Shown here one piece after another: positions 35,237 to 43,865 of a DNA stretch of 64,000 nt. Below the pieces are notes generated by a model. That model was not told the DNA's origin. It made no database searches and worked only from the letters and a program-made list of their open reading frames with translations. The first letter of the stretch is position 1. Every line of letters starts with the position of its first letter. The position numbers were made by a program, and so were the translations under genes. This DNA is from an uncultured Candidatus Sumerlaeota bacterium. Its GTDB lineage: Bacteria; Sumerlaeota; Sumerlaeia; MWCT01; JAGHBZ01. The DNA lies in assembly GCA_964608095.1 (NCBI GenBank), contig CAZSMK010000011.1:103282-167281 (forward strand), written 5' to 3'.

Positions 35237-36493
35237 TTAAACATCTTTCAATCTGTATATTGTCTCAAACGAATTGAATAAATCGATGTATCGTTCCAGA
35301 AGGCGAATCATGAGAAAATGTTCTTTTACGGTCTTTCTTGCCTTTTGCCCCATTTCTTCGCGGAGTTTCTTATCTTTCAACAATTTTACGATTCTATCTG
35401 CGGTTTCTTCCACCAATGAAACCAGAAAACCATTTTCTCCGTCTTTAATCTGATACCGTATCCCTCCTACGTTTCCTCCTACGACTGGAGTTCCCTTCCA
35501 CATAGCCTCAGCAACCGTCAGCCCAAAACCTTCTCGGATAGACTTTTGCACAACTACTGCCGCGCGCGATTGTAATGCGTTTACGAGAGCGGTGTCTTCC
35601 CGACTCAGAATAATGATTCGTTCATCTTTCTTTTTGAGGAGTGACGCATATACTTCCTCACCTTCAGGATCATCTGTCGCTACGTTTCCAAGTAATACAA
35701 GAGTAGCATCAACCTCTTTCCGTGCAATCTTGAATGCCTCAATAACACCCTCGGGATCCTTCCAACGATCAAAACGTGATATCTGAACAACAAGGGGAAG
35801 ATCAGTAGGTATTTCGTAATGTCTCAAGCGTTCATCAATCTCCTTTTCGCTCAGGTCTCGGTTCTTTATAGAGAAAGGATCGATCGCCGGTGGAAAATTG
35901 ACCTGGGATGTTTTAAGATCCTGCTTATATTCCTCGAGGGTAACTATCACCGCATCGTATTTTTCAATATATTGTAACAGATACTTCCAGAGTTCCTTGT
36001 TGGGATGGGTCATATCCACGTGGCAACGCCAAATCCAGGGACCCTTTTTCCTATAGTGGTTAATCATGGGTAGCGGCTGTGGATCGTGAATAATCACAAT
36101 GTCATGATGATCTAAATGATTCCTAATCGAATTTTCGTAGACAACCTCCTCATAGATTTCTTTTTTCCTATCGGTCAAATTAATATCACCGCCTTGAAGG
36201 GCGTTGTGCATCTTCTTGGTTACACCGAAAAAGTCCGGCGCTCCTTGTAAAACGCGCCAGCCTGTCTTTATTCCCACACTGTTCATCAAGATCGTTAATG
36301 AAGTAAGAACCGTTGCCACACCCCCTCCATAATAAGTTGAATTGAGATGAACAACATGGGTATTCTGCAGGGGCTCAGCCTTCTTATGGATTCGGTGTAT
36401 CATCTCCGAGCCGACATACTGCTCATAATCTTCAACCTTCACAATTTTTTCGTGGTTTATCATAGTCAAACTCCTCTCATTTTTTTTCAGCAT
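35237..36493 (-). CDS. GT4-family glycosyltransferase, TreT-like (trehalose glycosyltransferring synthase-like)
   Basis: Resembles archaeal/thermophile TreT in the conserved blocks VVHLNSTYYGGGVA, HDPQP, WRCHVD and SIREGFGLTVAEAMWKGTPV. This is a recollection-based family call, at 418 aa. Confidence 0.6.
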   Translation of the reverse strand: MLKKNERSLTMINHEKIVKVEDYEQYVGSEMIHRIHKKAEPLQNTHVVHLNSTYYGGGVATVLTSLTILMNSVGIKTGWRVLQGAPDFFGVTKKMHNALQGGDINLTDRKKEIYEEVVYENSIRNHLDHHDIVIIHDPQPLPMINHYRKKGPWIWRCHVDMTHPNKELWKYLLQYIEKYDAVIVTLEEYKQDLKTSQVNFPPAIDPFSIKNRDLSEKEIDERLRHYEIPTDLPLVVQISRFDRWKDPEGVIEAFKIARKEVDATLVLLGNVATDDPEGEEVYASLLKKKDERIIILSREDTALVNALQSRAAVVVQKSIREGFGLTVAEAMWKGTPVVGGNVGGIRYQIKDGENGFLVSLVEETADRIVKLLKDKKLREEMGQKARKTVKEHFLMIRLLERYIDLFNSFETIYRLKDV

Positions 36494-36631
36494 ATTATTA
36501 ATAGTTAAACGCCTTTAAAAATTTATAACAATTAAAAAACGTAATTTAAATCAATTTCGTAGGGGCATAATATTTTGTGCCCTATATTTTGTGCCCACAT
36601 GTTCATGGCATAATCATTATAAAAAATAAAC

Positions 36632-36688
36632 GGGTTCAAGATATTGAACCCCTACGGCGACAACCACGGGTTCAAAATATTGAACCCC
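36632..36688. repeat. two REP-1 palindromes upstream of the RAYT gene (GGGTTCAAGATATTGAACCC-ctacg and variant GGGTTCAAAATATTGAACCC-ctacg); a REP-2 copy lies at 36558-36583
   Basis: Read directly. Each has an 8-bp stem and a 4-nt loop and is followed by CTAC(G), the reverse complement of the GTAG tetranucleotide. Confidence 0.8.
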
Positions 36689-36767
36689 TACGTCTTGACA
36701 CGAATTTCTTTTATTGATAATAAATATCACGCTTTCAATATCAATCAATTTCATTTTTGAAGGAAAA

Positions 36768-37358
36768 ATGAAATATGATCATTCGAAATATCACAGACAA
36801 TCGATACGATTGAAAGGGTATGATTACCGGCAGAATGGTTATTATTTTATCACAATTTGCAGCCATAATAGGGAAAAAATATTCGGCGAAATTCGTAGGG
36901 GCACAATATTTTGTGCCCTTAATGAAGGCGGTAAAATTGCGAAAAAATTCTGGGAGGAAATCCCGCAACATTATCCATTTGTTGGTTTGGATGAATATGT
37001 AATAATGCCCGATCATGTTCATGGCATAATCATTATAAAAAATAAACGGGTTCAAGATATTGAACCCCTACGGCAACGGGAACAACGGCGGGTTCAAAAT
37101 CGGGTTCAAGATATTGAACCCCTACGAGGACAATTTCAAAAAAACCCCTCCGGGTCGCTTGGATCAATTATTCGCGGCTATAAAATATCCGTGACTAAAT
37201 GGTATCGCAAAAACACCAATATACAGGTCGTATGGCAACGCAACTTTTATGAACACATTATCCGAAACGATGAGGACTTGTATAATATCAGAGAATACAT
37301 CAGGCATAATCCGGTAAAATGGGCTGAGGACATTGACAATCCTATGAATAATTATTAA
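36768..37358 (+). CDS. IS200/IS605-family tyrosine transposase, RAYT type (TnpA_REP)
   Basis: HuH motif PDHVHGIII, conserved blocks YFITICSHNREKIFGEI and WQRNFYEHIIRNDEDL (the catalytic Tyr region) and NPVKW. An RBS GAAGGA lies before the ATG at 36768, so the track ORF start at 36714 is likely over-extended. Confidence 0.75.
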   Translation: MKYDHSKYHRQSIRLKGYDYRQNGYYFITICSHNREKIFGEIRRGTIFCALNEGGKIAKKFWEEIPQHYPFVGLDEYVIMPDHVHGIIIIKNKRVQDIEPLRQREQRRVQNRVQDIEPLRGQFQKNPSGSLGSIIRGYKISVTKWYRKNTNIQVVWQRNFYEHIIRNDEDLYNIREYIRHNPVKWAEDIDNPMNNY

Positions 37359-37440
37359 CCAATAGAAAAAGACGGTGTCATAAACCGCATCGTTGTATTT
37401 TGTCATTATTCCCCCCTATGCATCACAATCTTCGGTCCTT

Positions 37441-37604
37441 TCGTGGTGGCACAATATTTCATTCCCTGTCGTGGGGATACAATATTTTATGCCCATTCGT
37501 TACGGCACAATATTTCATTCCCTATCGTGGGGATACAATATTTTATGCCATTTCATTGTGGCACAATATTTTTCCCTGTTGTAGGGGCACAATATTTTGT
37601 GCCC
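37441..37604. repeat. array of about 5 REP-2-type palindromes (cgtagGGGCACAATATTTTGTGCCC and degenerate copies GGGGATACAATATTTTATGCCC, GGCACAATATTTCATTCCC) in a tandem unit of about 60 bp
   Basis: Read directly. This is a BIME-like arrangement downstream of the RAYT gene. Confidence 0.75.
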
Positions 37605-37716
37605 TATATAACGGCAAATCCTAAATTATGTTGCGTGATTCGTTCCATTTATTCATGATTTATCAAAAACCTATACAACAGGACAAAGAAAATTTTCCCC
37701 AAAAACATATAAACAT

Positions 37717-38895
37717 GTGTTTTCAAACAAAAAAATCAGAGGAGGAATCGTAACCATGCAAAAAAAGGTCAGCCTTATTATGCTGCTCACCAGTTTGGTG
37801 TTTCTCGTGGGTTTCAGATTGTTCAAGAAAGCCCCTGAGGTCGTTCCTGATGACGAACAGATAAGAGCAGCAAAACAAATTGATATGTCTGATGAGCGAC
37901 TGAAAGAGTTAACCGCAAAAAAGTTGTTTGAGTTCTCGCCGCAGGATTTAAACGATTATCTCCTGCTTGCACAAGAAACATATCCCGACCTTCCTGAACG
38001 AATCGCTCATTTTGCCCGTAAAGCAATCGGGCAACCTTACAAAATCTATTTGCTCGGGGAGTTCCCCTTCGAACTTTACGATACCGACCCCCTCTTTTGT
38101 CTCGAAAAGAGCGATTGCATGGTGTTTACCGAACATATCTATGCGATGGCGCTGGCAAAGGATTGGCAACAGTTCTTTTCCCTGCTTCAGAGAATACGAT
38201 ATGAGAACGGCGAAATCAGCACAACCATGCGAAACCATACCTCGATTCCACAATGGGTGATGAACAACGATTGGTTGATACGGGATATAACCGATGAGAT
38301 TGCAGAAGGGCTGACAAAGCCATGGCATATGGAGGTCGACCCAAACCGTGAACTTATCAACGACTACGGTCTTAACCCGGAATTCCCCAGAATTGTTCTT
38401 GATACATCATATATTCCCCTGGAGCACGTCCCCAAAATTGCACATAAACTCGAAAACGGCGACTATGTCTGCGTAATCAGGGGCTATACTGAGAAAGGTC
38501 TTTGGTCGGGACACGTGGGATTTATTACAGTTAATGAAGATGGCACACGGAACTTTCTCGACTCAGCCGGCAGAGGTGTGGCTGAAACGCCCATTATCGA
38601 ATATTCTGTAAGCTCAATGGAACGAAACAAAGAACGGGAAAAACACAACCAATGGGTCGATAAAGTACAGAAAGATCCGTCACTCTTAAAACCCAAACGT
38701 AAATGGCTCTTCTTTAAGGAGGAAGCCAAAAAACCGCGGAAAAGGTATTACCATTATGGCTTCAAATTCTATCGTCCTCATGCCGATCCTTTAAAACGCC
38801 TTATCGAGGTCGATGGACCGAACGCACCGATCGTTACAGGGCCAAAAGGACTCCTTATCAACAGAAAGGATGTGCCTTACAAAAAACCAGAGTAA
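37717..38895 (+). CDS. exported DUF1460-family protein (papain/NlpC-P60-like fold suspected)
   Basis: A signal anchor, then a conserved core (KAIGQPYKIYLLGEFPFELYDTDPLFCLEKSDCMVFTEHIYAMALA...LQRIRYENGEIS) resembling DUF1460, with Cys and a later His (GHVGFIT) as a candidate dyad. The C-terminus is Lys-rich. Confidence 0.5.
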   Translation: MFSNKKIRGGIVTMQKKVSLIMLLTSLVFLVGFRLFKKAPEVVPDDEQIRAAKQIDMSDERLKELTAKKLFEFSPQDLNDYLLLAQETYPDLPERIAHFARKAIGQPYKIYLLGEFPFELYDTDPLFCLEKSDCMVFTEHIYAMALAKDWQQFFSLLQRIRYENGEISTTMRNHTSIPQWVMNNDWLIRDITDEIAEGLTKPWHMEVDPNRELINDYGLNPEFPRIVLDTSYIPLEHVPKIAHKLENGDYVCVIRGYTEKGLWSGHVGFITVNEDGTRNFLDSAGRGVAETPIIEYSVSSMERNKEREKHNQWVDKVQKDPSLLKPKRKWLFFKEEAKKPRKRYYHYGFKFYRPHADPLKRLIEVDGPNAPIVTGPKGLLINRKDVPYKKPE

Positions 38896-38922
38896 TAGAC
38901 CCCTGGCTTGAAAAAGTTCGAT

Positions 38923-39435
38923 TCATTTTTTCTCTCGAACCAGGTGCGTGAGTAATAGCGGCTTGTTCTCATGAAGGAACTCAAGCAGCTCCTTTGCCCA
39001 GAAACACATAGTTTGTTCCCAGGGTTGCCCGAAAACACCCCAGATAAAATTTTTCTCCAGAAAAATGTAATAATCTCCATCCGGTAAAATCGGAACCTGC
39101 CATTCCCTGAACTCATCTAATTCAAAGGGAACATGAGGAAAAAACCTGTATGCGGGATGATACCAATCGAGCGCGTAGATCCAGTCGTCCGGAATCACAA
39201 GTTGCTTGAACATGCTCAAAGTGACATTCATAAGATCATTGTTCATTTTCTCATAGTGCGTTGCCCCACATCCGTATATGTGCGAAATAGAATAAGTCTC
39301 TGATGGGCGTGGTTCCTTGATGCTCGGAAGCACCACCGGCGTACGCTTTGGTTTAAAATGGAATTCTTTCTCAAACTTGTTCCAGATATCTTCATATTCT
39401 CTCTTTTCAATCTCTTTCCAGGCGTTTTCCCTCAT
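38923..39435 (-). CDS. hypothetical cytoplasmic protein (170 aa), no recognisable family
   Basis: ORF only. It has coherent composition and is convergent with the DUF1460 gene. Confidence 0.4.
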   Translation of the reverse strand: MRENAWKEIEKREYEDIWNKFEKEFHFKPKRTPVVLPSIKEPRPSETYSISHIYGCGATHYEKMNNDLMNVTLSMFKQLVIPDDWIYALDWYHPAYRFFPHVPFELDEFREWQVPILPDGDYYIFLEKNFIWGVFGQPWEQTMCFWAKELLEFLHENKPLLLTHLVREKK

Positions 39436-39787
39436 CGTTTCTTCCTACAACATCTGACACTATACATAGAAAATATTCCCGTCACATTATGATAAAATTA
39501 AAAATATCGACTTATTCCATGCAAGTCAATTTTTTGAACCCGACAGATAAATATAAAGAACCAGATGAGATTAAACGATAATACTTAAAAAGAGGCAACA
39601 GTATCATCCTTTACTATGATTCGTATTCTCATAATTCTGTATTTTATTCTTCAACGAAAAAATTACCTCTTCGGGATAGAGAAAATCTTAATTAAAATAA
39701 ATATTTGACTTCCGAAATATTGTCTGGAATACTTATAATAGTGATTATTTTTATAAACTTCAGAAAACAAGAAGGAGGAAAAAGATC

Positions 39788-40243
39788 ATGAGAATCTTAA
39801 CGGTACTTCTCATCACAATGTTGGCATTTGCGTTCTTTGGGTGTGCTGAAGAAGAACAGACGCCTGTTACCGAGGAAGAAATCACCGGCGAGGAAGTTAA
39901 AAAAGAGGTACAAGAAGCAGTGAAAAGCGCCACTGAATTTACTGCTGAAAAAAAGGAAGAATATCAAAGTGAATTGCAGGAAAAGATGTCGCAAGTCGAG
40001 ACCGAATTGCAGGATTTAGAAAAGAAAATGGAATCTCTTTCTGAAGAAGCAAAAGAAGTAACAGAGCAACAAATGCAAAAACTCCAGAACCAAATTAATG
40101 AAACAAAGGAAACAATGTCGCAATTGAAGGAAGCCGGTGAAGAAAAGTGGGCAGAACTCAGTAAACAGATAGATGAAAAGGTCGGACAAATTGATGAGTC
40201 CATGAAGCAACTACGAGAAACACTCTCACCGAAAGCCGAATAA
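39788..40243 (+). CDS. coiled-coil lipoprotein (E/K/Q-rich, 151 aa)
   Basis: Lipobox LAFAFFGCAEEE and heptad-like EEL/QEL repeats. An RBS GGAGGA lies upstream. Confidence 0.6.
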   Translation: MRILTVLLITMLAFAFFGCAEEEQTPVTEEEITGEEVKKEVQEAVKSATEFTAEKKEEYQSELQEKMSQVETELQDLEKKMESLSEEAKEVTEQQMQKLQNQINETKETMSQLKEAGEEKWAELSKQIDEKVGQIDESMKQLRETLSPKAE

Positions 40244-40495
40244 GCAAAAGAAGAGAGATCTGTAAGCAGGGAATAAGTAAGAGGAGAAGTGAGTCAAAAG
40301 ATGGCAGAAAGAAAAAAGTACAATGCAAGAAGCCACCTCTCGTTAAGAGCACATAAAAGAGTTACCATCTTCCTCTTAATCGGGAAAGATGAAATTAAGC
40401 ACTCATATCAAAGGATGCAAGAATCCTCAAAATAATTTCTCATTTCTCCTCTTTCAATTCATGGATATAAGAAAATAAGAAAAGGAGATAGTGCC

Positions 40496-41233
40496 ATGTT
40501 AAGAAGCTCGAAAGAACTCATAAATTATACATTATCTGCAAAAGATGGTCCTATAGGCAAGGTCAAGGATTTTTTCTTTGATGACCAAACATGGGTAGTC
40601 CGTTACTTCGTGATCGATACGGGCACCTGGCTGCCCGGAAGAAAGGTACTTCTTATCCCCGACGTTCTCGGCGAACCGGATTGGGCGGGACAGGTCTTTC
40701 CCGTTAACTTGACGAAAGAGCAAATTCAAAACAGCCCACCGGTCGAGGAGGAGAAGCCTGTCTCGCGACAGAACGAAATTAACTTATTCGATTACTATGG
40801 CTGGACTCCTTATTGGTGGCATACACCGGGTACTGCCGGTATGCCCGGTATGCCCGGTATGCCCGTTCGTGTTCCTAAATCAAAAGAGGAAGAAAAGGAT
40901 TATGACCCGCGCCTTCGGAGCGCTAAAGAGGTCACCGGCTACCACATACAGGCATCGGATGGTGAGATCGGACATGTGGAAGACTTTATCGTTGAGGATT
41001 CTATGTGGACAATCCGCTATATAGTCGTAGATACACGAAACTGGCTCCCTGGCAAGAAAGTTCTTGTAGCACCCGAATGGAATGATCGGATCGATTGGGA
41101 TGAGAAAAAGGTTCACACTATTCTCACCCGGGAAAAAATCAAAAACAGCCCTGAATTCGACCCCTCGACTCCCATCAACCGTGAATATGAGGTCAGGTTA
41201 TACGATTACTATGGCAGACCCAAATACTGGTAA
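40496..41233 (+). CDS. tandem PRC-barrel domain protein
   Basis: Two repeats of the PRC-barrel pattern: DGPIGKVKDFFFDDQTWVVRYFVIDTGTWLPGRKVLL and DGEIGHVEDFIVEDSMWTIRYIVVDTRNWLPGKKVLV. Each is followed by a ...YDYYG-x-P-x-YWW tail, and a GMPGMPGMP linker joins them. Confidence 0.65.
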   Translation: MLRSSKELINYTLSAKDGPIGKVKDFFFDDQTWVVRYFVIDTGTWLPGRKVLLIPDVLGEPDWAGQVFPVNLTKEQIQNSPPVEEEKPVSRQNEINLFDYYGWTPYWWHTPGTAGMPGMPGMPVRVPKSKEEEKDYDPRLRSAKEVTGYHIQASDGEIGHVEDFIVEDSMWTIRYIVVDTRNWLPGKKVLVAPEWNDRIDWDEKKVHTILTREKIKNSPEFDPSTPINREYEVRLYDYYGRPKYW

Positions 41234-41267
41234 AAAGCATAGGATCAAGTAAATAAAGGACGTACCA

Positions 41268-41879
41268 ATGACGAAGAAAGACCCATTGGCTGAGTATAAA
41301 AAGAAACGAGATTTAAAAAAAACGCCGGAACCTTCAGGCAAAAAGAAGAGAAAAGGAAAGAAACCCCTATTTGTTATCCAGAAACATGATGCGAGTTCTC
41401 TTCATTACGATTTTCGGATAGAAATAGAGGGTGTACTAAAATCGTGGGCAGTACCAAAAGGACCATCCACCGATCCACGCGAGAAACGCCTTGCTATTTT
41501 AACTGAGGATCACCCTATGGATTATGCCGACTTTGAAGGCGTCATACCCAAAGGTGAATACGGCGCCGGTGCAGTTCTTGTTTGGGATAAGGGGACCTAC
41601 AAAAATTTGAAGAAGGATAAAAACCAAGTTTCAATGAAAGAGGCGTTCGAAGACGGGCACATCGAAATTTTCCTGGAGGGTAAGAAATTAAGAGGGGGAT
41701 ATGCACTGATCAAAACCAGCAAAGGCAAAAAAGATCAGTGGCTCTTGATAAAGATGAAAGACGAAGAAGCAGATGCACGGCGGAAGCCTGTCAGTACCAA
41801 GCCAGAATCCGTGCTCACCGGAAGAAATCTCAAAGAAATCAAAAAAGAAGAAAAGGGGAGCGAGTCAGACGAAAAATGA
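41268..41879 (+). CDS. DNA ligase D 3'-phosphoesterase (PE) domain protein, stand-alone
   Basis: LigD_PE hallmark FVIQKHDASSLHYDFRIE...WAVPKGPS, in a 203-aa protein. Confidence 0.85.
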   Translation: MTKKDPLAEYKKKRDLKKTPEPSGKKKRKGKKPLFVIQKHDASSLHYDFRIEIEGVLKSWAVPKGPSTDPREKRLAILTEDHPMDYADFEGVIPKGEYGAGAVLVWDKGTYKNLKKDKNQVSMKEAFEDGHIEIFLEGKKLRGGYALIKTSKGKKDQWLLIKMKDEEADARRKPVSTKPESVLTGRNLKEIKKEEKGSESDEK

Positions 41880-42883
41880 GCTCGGAAAACATATTGCAGA
41901 GTCTCAGCGATGACGAAAAGAAGAAATTAAAGAAAAAGAAACAGCCCGAATTCATTAAGCCGATGCTCGCAACCTTAACGAAAGAACACTTTTCCGATCC
42001 CGAATGGATATATGAACGAAAACTGGATGGTGAGCGTTGCCTCGCGTTTAAGAAACAGAAAAAAGTTCGGTTGATGTCACGCAATGAAAAAGAAATCAAC
42101 GCGAGCTATCCTGAAATAATCGAGGCTCTCGAAAAAGCGGACGTCGAGAATGTTGTCCTCGATGGAGAGATTGTCGCCTTTGAAGGCAACGTTACAAGCT
42201 TCTCGAGGCTGCAAGATAGAATGAATGTGAAAGACCCTGAAGAAGCCCGTGCGACAAATGTGAAAATTTATTACTATATATTCGATATACCCTACGCAGC
42301 AGGGTATGATATAAGTAACTTACCGCTTGAATCGCGCAAGAAAATCCTTAAACAGATTCTTTCATTTAGCAATCCACTTCGGTTTACCCGACATAGAAAT
42401 GAAAAAGGGGAAGAGTTCTTATCCGAGGCCTGCAAAAAAGGATGGGAAGGACTTATAGCAAAAAAAAAGGGCAGTGGCTATAGCCATACAAGGTCTAAAA
42501 ACTGGTTAAAATTCAAATGTGTAAAACGCCAGGAATTTGTCATAGGCGGTTGGACTGATCCTCAGGGCTCAAGAAAAGGATTCGGCGCTATTCTCATCGG
42601 CTACTATAAAAATGATGCATTTATGTATGCAGGAAAAGTCGGGACTGGCTTTGACGATAAAACACTCACACAATTAAAAAAGCGTTCTGAAACGTTAAGC
42701 CGCAAAAGATGTCCTTTCAACGAGCCAGATAAAATCGGGGAAAAAGATGCACACTGGATTAAACCGGAACTGGTTGCCCAGATAGGTTTTACCGAATGGA
42801 CAGACGACGGAAAACTACGACATCCCCGCTATAGGGGGCTCAGGCGCGATAAAAAACCACAGGACGTAATCAAGGAAACGTAG
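41876..42883 (+). CDS. ATP-dependent DNA ligase (LigD ligase domain, stand-alone); start ATG overlaps the PE stop (ATGA)
   Basis: Motif I KxDG (YERKLDGERCL), plus motif III/IV/V patterns and an OB domain. The track ORF 41738.. is an upstream over-extension in a frame overlapping the PE gene. The gene ends with TAG. Confidence 0.85.
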   Translation: MSSENILQSLSDDEKKKLKKKKQPEFIKPMLATLTKEHFSDPEWIYERKLDGERCLAFKKQKKVRLMSRNEKEINASYPEIIEALEKADVENVVLDGEIVAFEGNVTSFSRLQDRMNVKDPEEARATNVKIYYYIFDIPYAAGYDISNLPLESRKKILKQILSFSNPLRFTRHRNEKGEEFLSEACKKGWEGLIAKKKGSGYSHTRSKNWLKFKCVKRQEFVIGGWTDPQGSRKGFGAILIGYYKNDAFMYAGKVGTGFDDKTLTQLKKRSETLSRKRCPFNEPDKIGEKDAHWIKPELVAQIGFTEWTDDGKLRHPRYRGLRRDKKPQDVIKET

Positions 42884-42893
42884 GAGGAATATA

Positions 42894-43817
42894 ATGCCTA
42901 CCGTTACCATCGGTTCGCATAAAATTGAACTTACCCATGTTGATAAAATTCTTTTTCCTGAAGACAAAATAAAAAAACAAGAACTTATCGATTATTATGA
43001 TAAAAATTCAGAGAACGTAATTCGGCATATGGAAGGACGTCCTGTGAGTATGCACCGATTTACAGAGGGTATCGATAAGGAAAGTTTTTTTCACAAGGAA
43101 GTCCCGGACTATTTCCCGGATTGGATTACACGTGTTTCGATTAAATTGAAAGAAGGCGGCACGCAAAAACAATTGGTGTGCGACAGCCGCGCAACTCTTG
43201 TCTATTTAGCAAATCAGGATTGTATTACCCCGCATATCTGGCTAAGCAAGGTCGATAATCTTGAAAATCCGGATAGAATGATTTTCGATCTCGACCCTTC
43301 CGACGAAGATTTCGAGAAGGTTCGAGAAATTGCTTTTATTCTCCGCGAAGTTCTGGAAAACGAACTCGAGCTTAAATCGTTTGTTATGACTACCGGTTCG
43401 CGTGGCGTTCATATAATTGTTTCTTTGAATCAGGGCAGTACGTTTGACGCCGTCAGAACCTTCGCTCATGATATAGGAAGATTGACCTCCTTGAGGCATC
43501 CGGAAAAGGCGACGGTTGAACAGCGAAAAGAAAAACGTAAAAAGCGCGTGTTTATCGACACGCTCCGAAACGCTTATGGGCAGACGACTGTCACGCCTTA
43601 TGCAGTAAGGGCAAGACCTCATGCTCCCATTGCCACACCTATTGAATGGGACGAGTTGAAGGATAAAAATCTTCAACCACAGACTTATACTATACAGAAT
43701 ATCTTTCGCCGGTTAGGTCAAAAAGACGATCTCTGGAAAAATATAAACCGCCATTCATACTCGCTCGAGAACCGAGAGAAACATTTACGTTCTCTCCTCG
43801 AGAAAGAAGAAGAGTAG
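42894..43817 (+). CDS. LigD polymerase/primase (archaeo-eukaryotic primase-like) domain protein, stand-alone
   Basis: LigD_Pol pattern (PTVTIGSHKIELTHVDKILFPED...RMIFDLDP...TGSRGVHI), in 307 aa. An AGGAGG RBS lies 8 nt upstream. Confidence 0.85.
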   Translation: MPTVTIGSHKIELTHVDKILFPEDKIKKQELIDYYDKNSENVIRHMEGRPVSMHRFTEGIDKESFFHKEVPDYFPDWITRVSIKLKEGGTQKQLVCDSRATLVYLANQDCITPHIWLSKVDNLENPDRMIFDLDPSDEDFEKVREIAFILREVLENELELKSFVMTTGSRGVHIIVSLNQGSTFDAVRTFAHDIGRLTSLRHPEKATVEQRKEKRKKRVFIDTLRNAYGQTTVTPYAVRARPHAPIATPIEWDELKDKNLQPQTYTIQNIFRRLGQKDDLWKNINRHSYSLENREKHLRSLLEKEEE

Positions 43818-43865
43818 AGCGCTGTAAGTAGGTAGAATTGATTATTAAAAGGAGAAAAGGATAAC

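Larger units (their letters stand above)
36558..37605. mobile_element. RAYT (REP-associated tyrosine transposase, IS200/IS605-like) locus with flanking and internal REP clusters and a 5' partial gene duplication
   Basis: The transposase gene is surrounded by two families of GTAG-anchored 8+4+8 palindromes. A roughly 55-bp segment (catgttcatggcataatcattataaaaaataaacgggttcaagatattgaaccc, covering the HuH coding part) occurs both upstream (36598-36652) and inside the gene (37013-37068). Confidence 0.75.

Noticed and set aside
37441-37604. The repeat array downstream of the transposase as a CRISPR array.
   Set aside because: The repeats are perfect 8+4+8 palindromes with GTAG anchors (REP/BIME-like), they are degenerate, the intervening 'spacers' are themselves repeat variants of about 10-35 bp, and no cas genes are present.
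39705-39739. A TTGACT ... TATAAT pair upstream of the coiled-coil lipoprotein gene as a sigma-70 promoter.
   Set aside because: The spacer is 23 bp, which is outside the 16-19 bp range; it was not reported as a feature.
40301-40435. A 44-aa basic small ORF (MAERKKYNARSHLSLRAHKRVTIFLLIGKDEIKHSYQRMQESSK) in the gap between the lipoprotein and PRC-barrel genes.
   Set aside because: No RBS, no recognisable family, and the gap is a likely promoter region. It is noted only as a candidate if ribosome profiling or proteomics supports it.
41738-41875. The N-terminal 46 aa of the track ORF 41738..42883 as part of the ATP-ligase.
   Set aside because: That stretch overlaps the LigD-PE gene in another frame and is Arg-rich low complexity. 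The ATG at 41876 (ATGA overlap with the PE stop), followed by MSSENILQSL, is the plausible start.
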